Part shown: positions 58,317 to 64,000 of the stretch, piece by piece | Numbering within the stretch: position 1 is the stretch's first letter | Layout: the number at the start of each line of letters is the position of its first letter | Position numbers and translations under genes: made by a program | Notes under the pieces: generated by a model | Told to the model about the DNA's origin: nothing | Databases searched by the model: none | Seen by the model: only the letters and a program-made list of their open reading frames with translations | Source of the DNA: an uncultured virus (IMG/VR IMGVR_UViG_3300049893_000201) | Lineage: Duplodnaviria; Heunggongvirae; Uroviricota; Caudoviricetes | Virus record (IMG/VR): IMGVR_UViG_3300049893_000201 | DNA length: 64,000 nucleotides | Reading direction: 5' to 3' (one strand)

Positions 58317-58401
58317 GTTTTTATTGTAAAGATACAACAGATTATGGTATTGTCAAGAAAAATGTCCAGAAGTTTTTTGTGTAATAAACTTGACATAGGT
58401 A

Positions 58402-58629
58402 TCCCGGGACAATATGTCCCCAGGGGGAACCAGCTGATTCACCTACCCCCGGTAGTAAGGTTTGGTGGGGACACCCCCGGGGGGATGGATGGTGTTTACA
58501 ATATATACTGTAGGAGAGAGGGAGATGGGTCCTCTATGGCTGGGCCCCGGCCGGCGCCGCGCTGAGGGGGTACCCCCCATGAAGGCAGGAGCATATAAAA
58601 ACTGTTAGGTATTTTTTTATTTTTTTTTT
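58402..58629. other. GC-rich palindromic block plus poly-T tract at the strand switch (candidate genome terminus/origin)
   Basis: GGGAC-N5-GTCCC, CCCCCGGGGG, CCGGCCGG, GGGGGTACCCCC, then T7-A-T10; non-coding. Confidence 0.5.
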
Positions 58630-58680
58630 GTGGCAGAAAAAAAGGTTATGCCCTTTTCTTGTCTAATTATATTAATCACT

Positions 58681-59121
58681 ATGAGAACACAAAACTCACA
58701 AGCGAAACATGTTTCCGCTGGCTTCGGCTACAGTCATGTAATGGTAGGTAACACAGCAGTGTATACTACTAAGATAAGAACCAAGCAATTTGACTTGTTG
58801 CGCTATGCTATCGAGGATAAGCGTCGCACCGAGAACAAACTGCAGGGAACTTATGGCCAGATTAAGATGAACAAGAACGGTCAGAATTACGTGACGTACG
58901 AGTTTGTCACTACTGACTTTAACGGTATGATTCAGTTCCGTAAGGAGATGGACGAAGCACGTGCAGAGATGCTTGAGGTAAAGGTAATGCGTCTTAAGAT
59001 GCAGAATCCGTGGTACGAGCCTATCTGGATGACGGCTATTCGCGAGCAACTATATCGTGAAGAGTCGGCTACGCATCATAAGGGGCTTCGTGGTGGCGAC
59101 TTTGACGACTTGCCGTTCTAA
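58681..59121 (+). CDS. Early hypothetical protein ending in an SSB-like tail (GGDFDDLPF); probable start ATG 58681
   Basis: ATG preceded by the same TAATTATAT..ATCACT leader as its neighbours. Confidence 0.75.
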   Translation: MRTQNSQAKHVSAGFGYSHVMVGNTAVYTTKIRTKQFDLLRYAIEDKRRTENKLQGTYGQIKMNKNGQNYVTYEFVTTDFNGMIQFRKEMDEARAEMLEVKVMRLKMQNPWYEPIWMTAIREQLYREESATHHKGLRGGDFDDLPF

Positions 59122-59131
59122 CTAACTAACT

Positions 59132-59160
59132 GAAAAGGGTGTAATGCCCTTTTCTTTTTT
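59132..59160 (+). terminator. Intrinsic terminator overlapping the GCCCTTTTCTT motif
   Basis: GAAAAGGGT-GTAAT-GCCCTTTTC-TTTTTT. Confidence 0.7.
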
Positions 59161-59179
59161 AATTATATAACTTATCACT

Positions 59180-59374
59180 ATGAAAAAACACTTAATGAAT
59201 GACGCGATATTTATCGCGCTTATGGTATGTAATGCCTTATCGGTAGCTCTTATGTATATCTGTTTAACCGATAACAGTGTATCAGAAGAAGGCCGTTGGT
59301 TCACAGCAGGTATCGGTGCTGTAACCTTTGTAATGACGTGGTTATTAGTATGGACTGAAAGAAAAGACCTATGA
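59180..59374 (+). CDS. Small two-TM membrane protein
   Basis: Two hydrophobic helices; shared leader motif. Confidence 0.7.
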   Translation: MKKHLMNDAIFIALMVCNALSVALMYICLTDNSVSEEGRWFTAGIGAVTFVMTWLLVWTERKDL

Positions 59375-59484
59375 TAACACTATGTATATTACCTAATTTC
59401 AAGGGGAGTCTTGGAGATTGGGTTAAGGCAACAGTAGTATGTTTAGCACTAGATGCTATGTACATTGTTCCGATGTGTCTATAA
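59371..59484 (+). CDS. 37-aa hydrophobic peptide (MITLCILPNFKGSLGDWVKATVVCLALDAMYIVPMCL)
   Basis: Translated by hand; ATGA overlap with the previous stop; followed by a hairpin. Confidence 0.55.
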   Translation: MITLCILPNFKGSLGDWVKATVVCLALDAMYIVPMCL

Positions 59485-59530
59485 AAGTTAGGGGTTTAGG
59501 CCCCTTTCTTTTTTAATTATATAACCACTT

Positions 59531-59833
59531 ATGAAAAAGAAATTTGTAACAGAAGACGAGGCACTCGGGAGAGGCGTTAGTCTAGACTCACTTGTTAAGG
59601 AACAAGAAGAGCAAGGGTATGTATTACGTAATGAGTTTACTCACGAAGCAGTGGGTAAAGTTAAGGTAATGTACCACAAAGATTGGCTTAAGAGTATAGA
59701 AGCCAAGTTAAGTAATCAGCATAAAGGATGTCTCGTAAGAGATGTAATGGTAGATGGTGCTGATAATATACATTATATAGTCGTGAATAAAGACGACTCG
59801 TGGAGAAGATTATCGTGTAGTGGTGATATATAA
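59531..59833 (+). CDS. Early hypothetical protein
   Basis: 100 aa; shared leader motif; followed by a terminator. Confidence 0.7.
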   Translation: MKKKFVTEDEALGRGVSLDSLVKEQEEQGYVLRNEFTHEAVGKVKVMYHKDWLKSIEAKLSNQHKGCLVRDVMVDGADNIHYIVVNKDDSWRRLSCSGDI

Positions 59834-59840
59834 GTAGAAG

Positions 59841-59870
59841 GAGACAGCGCTTAACAGCCTGTCTCTTTTT
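59841..59870 (+). terminator. Intrinsic terminator
   Basis: GAGACAG-N11-CTGTCTC-TTTTT. Confidence 0.6.
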
Positions 59871-60148
59871 ATTATTCTAATAGAGTAGCCAAGGGCTGTT
59901 CCGTATTTCTTTATTGTCCATTTCTTGTCGGTAGTAGTAGAAGAGAGTTACTATCATAACTCCCTTCTCCTCCCAAATTCTCCTACGGCCGTTGAGTATT
60001 TACTTATTTATTATGCCCTTTTCTTTTTTAAATTGTTGGTTTCACATCCAAGACCACCTCACACACAATACCTTAACGGGGGTGCAGTGCTTGTAAGTGA
60101 GACCAACAGTTTGTAACAACTTATATTAACTTAAAACAATTTAGAAAA

Positions 60149-60619
60149 ATGGCTACAAGAATGTCATTGATGGTAGGATTTAAGAATCCGTTTAAACGTA
60201 CTAACGACAAGGGCGAAAAGTACACTATTAACACCTATTATGTATTCCCGAAAGGACAGTTTGGGAATACCGAGTCTGCTATTGAGCAGTTAAAGGCGGA
60301 TATTAAGAAGGCGGGATACAAAGTACTACAGTCACCAAGTGGTGCATTAGTATGGACAAGTACTCGCAGTTTAATACCCGAAGGCTGTCCTATCGTGCGT
60401 CTCGACGACGGACAGTGGGTAGCAGACACCACAGAACTTGACAAGATAGAGCAGTTAAGTAAGCGTAGTACTATGCTTGCTAACCGTGCTATGGACAAGT
60501 TTATGGAAACTGCCGACATTGTCATAAGTGCCGTAGAGCAATTAAAGCGTGAAGACGCTGTTGCTGATGGCGTAGAAGTCAACGCCGATAACGGTGAAGA
60601 CGCGGACCCGTTCAAATAA
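60149..60619 (+). CDS. Early protein, paralog A (acidic tail ...GEDADPFK)
   Basis: 156 aa; homologous to 61059..61478. Confidence 0.8.
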   Translation: MATRMSLMVGFKNPFKRTNDKGEKYTINTYYVFPKGQFGNTESAIEQLKADIKKAGYKVLQSPSGALVWTSTRSLIPEGCPIVRLDDGQWVADTTELDKIEQLSKRSTMLANRAMDKFMETADIVISAVEQLKREDAVADGVEVNADNGEDADPFK

Positions 60620-60637
60620 TTGGCGGGTAAAACATAT

Positions 60638-60678
60638 GAAAACACCAAGGGTTAGTCCTCGGTGTTTTCTTTTTTTTT
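60638..60678 (+). terminator. Intrinsic terminator
   Basis: GAAAACACCAAGG-loop-CCTCGGTGTTTTC followed by a T-tract. Confidence 0.8.
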
Positions 60679-61058
60679 CACTCTCGTGGTACATTCTTGG
60701 ATTTCTAATATAGTATCCATAGTATGGCGGATAAAGGCTATCTTATTGATAAACAATAAGATAAGTTTTTAAGTATCTTGGAATGCTAAAAGACTGTTCA
60801 GTCTTTTTTTATTTAACAAGTAATAGCGGTTGGAAACAGTTTACTATCACTGCTACTCACCGTTCTTCTCCTACGGAAAACAGTTGGTTACAGTTTGTAA
60901 CATACAGTTAATTACAATACCTACCGTGTATTTACAGTTTACAGCACTGTTCGTTATTTTTTTATTTTTTCTCGCCCCTTTCTTTCTTGTGTGCGTTCGT
61001 GTTATTAAACAGGACGTATACAGTTAACATAATATAAACTATTTAAAATCAAAAAGTT

Positions 61059-61478
61059 ATGGACATTACCTATGTCTCAAGTTACCCAAAGAAGGCCAAG
61101 AATGGCAACATTGTAGACGTATTTGTTTATGCAGTAAACGGTACGCAGTCTGAATTAGCGGACTATAAAAAGGCTAAAGGTGAAGATTACCGTGAAGATA
61201 AAGAAACAGGGGAACCCTTGTTCTACAGTCTTAATTATGTAGGCGAAGTATGCCCGCTGATTATCACAACTAACGGTAATGTGGTAGCAGATACGTCTGC
61301 TATGCGTAAGGCGAAGAATTTAGTAGAGCAAAACCCTATGTTACGTGCAGAAGTAAGCAATGCTGTACTGCATATGTTAGGGTTTGACCGTATGACTCCG
61401 GCTAGAACTGCAAAGAAGGCAGATGAGCCTGTAGCAACCGGTGAAAACGGTGGTGATGCTGATCCATTTAAGGATTAA
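61059..61478 (+). CDS. Early protein, paralog B (acidic tail ...GGDADPFKD)
   Basis: 139 aa; homologous to 60149..60619. Confidence 0.8.
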   Translation: MDITYVSSYPKKAKNGNIVDVFVYAVNGTQSELADYKKAKGEDYREDKETGEPLFYSLNYVGEVCPLIITTNGNVVADTSAMRKAKNLVEQNPMLRAEVSNAVLHMLGFDRMTPARTAKKADEPVATGENGGDADPFKD

Positions 61479-61493
61479 CTCATTGATAATGAG

Positions 61494-61540
61494 AGAGATA
61501 GAGAGAGTAACAGCAAGACTGTTACCTTTCTGTCTCTTTT
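61494..61540 (+). terminator. Intrinsic terminator (long hairpin)
   Basis: AGAGATAGAGAG-A-GTAACAG-loop-CTGTTAC-CTTTCTGTCTCT-TTT. Confidence 0.65.
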
Positions 61541-61609
61541 ATAGTCAACTGCAAAATCTGTTATCTCTTGTTTGGTACATATAGCAATACTAATAAATCC
61601 TACTACACT

Positions 61610-61876
61610 ATGCTACTTAAGAAAAAGACTTACATTGTATCTACCTACAATAACTATGAATGGATTACTACAAGGGATACTTACTCTCTATGGTTACTTA
61701 TGTTTAAGTACTATAGACAGGGTTACCGAGTATTAGATTATCCGCTATGGTTTGCAAGGTTGGTATATAAGATTACCGGGAAAGGTATTCTTAAAGGAAG
61801 GACCGCGGTTTTTGAAAGGTATGTACCCGGTTCTGACCAAATAACTTATCACACGCCTTATAACGATATCTATTAA
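61610..61876 (+). CDS. Hypothetical protein (probable ATG start at 61610)
   Basis: ORF in the early operon, aromatic-rich. Confidence 0.5.
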   Translation: MLLKKKTYIVSTYNNYEWITTRDTYSLWLLMFKYYRQGYRVLDYPLWFARLVYKITGKGILKGRTAVFERYVPGSDQITYHTPYNDIY

Positions 61877-61879
61877 ACT

Positions 61880-62131
61880 ATGAGTAAGTTTATATCTGAT
61901 AACAAACGAATCCTTAATCTCTTCCAGAGACTTAATGGTAGGTCGCCATATAATGGTGACGAGTTCGCTTACTTCTGTGAGTTTGTTAATAACCACAGTG
62001 TTATGTCTAAAGGTAACATAGAAGAATGTTTTACCGAAGATGCTATCCGGGAACTTACCGATAGCTACACAGGTGGTTTTACTGAAGCCGACTTTTGGGA
62101 CGGCGATGAGACTGATCGTATTCAGTATTGA
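61880..62131 (+). CDS. Hypothetical protein with an acidic C-terminus
   Basis: 83 aa, 3 nt after the previous stop. Confidence 0.65.
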   Translation: MSKFISDNKRILNLFQRLNGRSPYNGDEFAYFCEFVNNHSVMSKGNIEECFTEDAIRELTDSYTGGFTEADFWDGDETDRIQY

Positions 62132-62133
62132 TA

Positions 62134-62205
62134 TTGTAAAGTGAAGAATGCTAACAGCGCTATAAACAAACTATGCAAAGTTAAATGCATTCTGTATCTT
62201 TACAA
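62134..62205 (+). ncRNA. Structured RNA unit 1 of a tandem array (Y-RNA-like candidate)
   Basis: Outer stem TTGTAAAG/CTTTACAA, inner stem AGAATGC/GCATTCT, loop with CAGCGCT...ACTATGCAA..TAAA. Confidence 0.6.
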
Positions 62206-62209
62206 CCCT

Positions 62210-62297
62210 TGTCCTTATGTTATGGAAGAATAGTTCAGCACTATTTAACTACACAATTAAACTAGGTTAAACAACTATTCTGTTTAACATAAGGACA
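62210..62297 (+). ncRNA. Structured RNA unit 2 of a tandem array
   Basis: Perfect 13-bp outer stem TGTCCTTATGTTA/TAACATAAGGACA, inner stem AGAATAGTT/AACTATTCT, loop CAGCACT...ACTACACAA.TAAA. Confidence 0.65.
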
Positions 62298-62303
62298 TTA
62301 CCC

Positions 62304-62412
62304 GCACATTAAAGAATGAATCAGCACTGTAAAATACTATACAATGCTAAACCCCGAGAAAGGTAGGCCACAACAGTTAACTGTAAGGCTCTCGTCATTC
62401 TGTCGTATGTGC
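62304..62412 (+). ncRNA. Structured RNA unit 3 of a tandem array
   Basis: Outer stem GCACAT/ATGTGC, inner stem AGAATGA/TCATTCT, loop CAGCACT...ACTATACAA...TAAA plus a nested CGAGA/TCTCG subdomain. Confidence 0.6.
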
Positions 62413-62479
62413 AAAGCCGAGTAGTGATACTCGTGGCCTGCCAATCTCACAAAATGTTTAACTTAAAACCCTTAAAGAA

Positions 62480-63874
62480 ATGGACGCTTTTACTAACGCG
62501 ATGTTTTCTAACGACAGTCTTACCAATAACGGCGCAGTTACTCATAGTACTGCAGGTATGCACTGTCTTGACCTGTTCTTTATAGCAGGTGCGAGCCGTT
62601 TTATGTCTGAAGAAGATATCTTAAAAGCATTTATACGTGCTTATCGTGAAGATAAGAATGTGGCTCTTAAGATTCTGTTTTGGGCAAGAGATGCACGTGG
62701 TGGTGCAGGAGAGAAGCGATTCTTTCAGGTGATTATGAAGCAGTTATCGGTATCAGAACCGGAAGTATATGAGCAAGTTGCTATATATATTCCGACCTTT
62801 GGTTACTGGAAAGACATCTTTGTAATCGAGAAACCTACCGAAGATACTCTTAATTGGCTGAGCATTCAGTTAAAAGAGAATGAGAATGCTAATCTGCTAG
62901 CCAAATGGTTCCCTCGTAAGGGAGAATGGTTTGTGGCTATGCATAAGTATCTTAAGGTATCAGCAGGTGCGTTCCGTAGAAGACTTACCTCTATGTCTAA
63001 TACCGTTGAGCAGAAGATGTGTGCTAATGAATGGGAAACTATTCAGTATAGTACCGTGCCTTCTGTTGCAGGTAAGAGATATGCTCACGCTTTTCATAGA
63101 CAGGATGGTATAAGATACGCCTCTTATATTAGCGATGTTATGGAAGGTAAGGTTAAGATTAACGCTTCTGTATTGTTCCCAAGTGATTTAGTTCACGAAG
63201 TAACAGTTGGTAGTCGTAGTAACACAGAAGCATATGATGCTATGTGGAATGCGTTACCCAACTATATGAAAGGGTGTACAGAACGTATCTTACCTGTCTG
63301 TGATGTATCAGGTAGTATGATGGGCCAACCTATGGATGTATCTATAGGATTAGGTTTGTATATCTCTGAACGTAACGAAGGTCCTTTCAAGGATTTGGTG
63401 TTAACGTTCAGTGAGTCCCCCGAGTTCCACAAGATAGAAGGCAATACTCTTTCAGAGAAAGTATTCAATCTTGGTAGAGCAAATTGGGGTATGAATACAG
63501 ACCTGAATAAAACATTCACAGTGTTACTAGACCGTGCAATTGCAGGTAAGGTAGCACAGGAAGATATGCCAACCAAGTTACTGATTATCAGTGATATGGA
63601 ATTTGACCAAGCCTGTGGTAATCGTACTAATTTTGAGTCTATCAAGAATATGTATGAGCAATGGGGTTATCAGATGCCAAGCATAGTCTTTTGGAATGTT
63701 AACGGAAGATTGGGGAATGTACCTGTTAAGGCTAACACACCAAACACTGCCCTTGTTAGCGGGTATAGTCCAAGTATACTAACAAGTATCTTGGGCGGTA
63801 AGGATTTAAATCCTTACAGTGTGATGATGGAAACTATTGGTAAACCAAGATACGCCTGTATCAAGGTGGACTAA
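62480..63874 (+). CDS. TROVE/Ro60-related protein with a C-terminal vWA domain (DUF2828-like)
   Basis: T.NGA.T, LDLFF, FWARDARGG.GE.R, FG.WKD, AKW.PR, MIDAS DVSGSM, WG.NTD, IISDMEFD, FWNV, LVSG.SP. Confidence 0.85.
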   Translation: MDAFTNAMFSNDSLTNNGAVTHSTAGMHCLDLFFIAGASRFMSEEDILKAFIRAYREDKNVALKILFWARDARGGAGEKRFFQVIMKQLSVSEPEVYEQVAIYIPTFGYWKDIFVIEKPTEDTLNWLSIQLKENENANLLAKWFPRKGEWFVAMHKYLKVSAGAFRRRLTSMSNTVEQKMCANEWETIQYSTVPSVAGKRYAHAFHRQDGIRYASYISDVMEGKVKINASVLFPSDLVHEVTVGSRSNTEAYDAMWNALPNYMKGCTERILPVCDVSGSMMGQPMDVSIGLGLYISERNEGPFKDLVLTFSESPEFHKIEGNTLSEKVFNLGRANWGMNTDLNKTFTVLLDRAIAGKVAQEDMPTKLLIISDMEFDQACGNRTNFESIKNMYEQWGYQMPSIVFWNVNGRLGNVPVKANTPNTALVSGYSPSILTSILGGKDLNPYSVMMETIGKPRYACIKVD

Positions 63875-63883
63875 CCGATATCT

Positions 63884-63919
63884 AAAAAGGGGACAGTACT
63901 TCGGTGCTGTCTCTTTTTT
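63884..63919 (+). terminator. Intrinsic terminator after the TROVE-like gene
   Basis: AAAAAGGGGACAGTAC-TTCG-GTGCTGTCTCTTTTTT (UUCG loop). Confidence 0.8.
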
Positions 63920-63965
63920 ATAACAGTTACTATAAATCTTTTAATACTTAATACACCTACCGATT

Positions 63966-64000
63966 ATGAGTAGAACTAAAAACACAGAAGAGTTCCGTCA
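63966..64000 (+). CDS. Start of a further ORF (MSRTKNTEEFR..., truncated)
   Basis: ATG after the terminator, open to the window end; too short to be sure. Confidence 0.35.
   Translation, partial: MSRTKNTEEFR

Noticed and set aside
58344..58565. 73-aa plus-strand ORF
   Set aside because: Runs through the GC-rich palindromic block; composition unlike real genes and no leader motif
59925..61027. ORFs 59925..60116 and 60830..61027
   Set aside because: TTG starts, and they coincide with the promoter/hairpin leader regions; better explained as non-coding
59841..61540. Hairpins containing (TAA)CAGC at 59841 and 61494 as extra members of the RNA array
   Set aside because: Lack the AGAAT/ATTCT stem and ACTAYRCAA loop motif; sit right after stop codons with U-tracts, so treated as terminators
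62134..62412. tRNA genes or a mini-CRISPR
   Set aside because: No cloverleaf, T-loop GTTC or CCA; conservation is in pairing and short motifs, not identical direct repeats
1..64000. Stop-codon reassignment, introns or inteins as seen in some Crassvirales
   Set aside because: Long genes are intact in code 11, coding density is high, and TerL, portal and MCP have ordinary lengths

Overview
A 64-kb segment of an AT-rich, crAss-like (Crassvirales-type) dsDNA phage. A canonical TTTG-N19-TAnnTTTG promoter suggests a Bacteroidota host; the standard genetic code fits and no stop-codon recoding is evident. Positions 1-55480 are one minus-strand late block. In transcription order it holds fibre/decoration genes, a holin-like gene, wHTH and IHF-like genes, a PD-(D/E)XK nuclease, the terminase subunits, portal, scaffold-like protein, major capsid protein, eight small Lys-rich genes, a ferritin-like gene, Cys-rich structural genes, tail ring and muzzle proteins, and then giant putative cargo/ejection proteins. 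Near 57.2-58.6 kb lie a non-coding array of paired motifs, an endonuclease VII-type HNH gene and a GC-rich palindrome/poly-T junction. After this the genes switch to the plus strand (probable early region). The main observations are four: (1) three tandem structured RNA-like units directly upstream of a TROVE/Ro60-like vWA gene; (2) a recurring K-x-x-x-G-G / LPKA(Q/D)xG peptide that punctuates cargo proteins and separates enzyme-like modules (permuted papain, ART-like, NlpC/P60, nucleotidyltransferase); (3) a repeated candidate early-promoter motif; (4) early proteins with SSB-like acidic C-terminal tails. All family calls come from motif recognition by eye; no searches were run.
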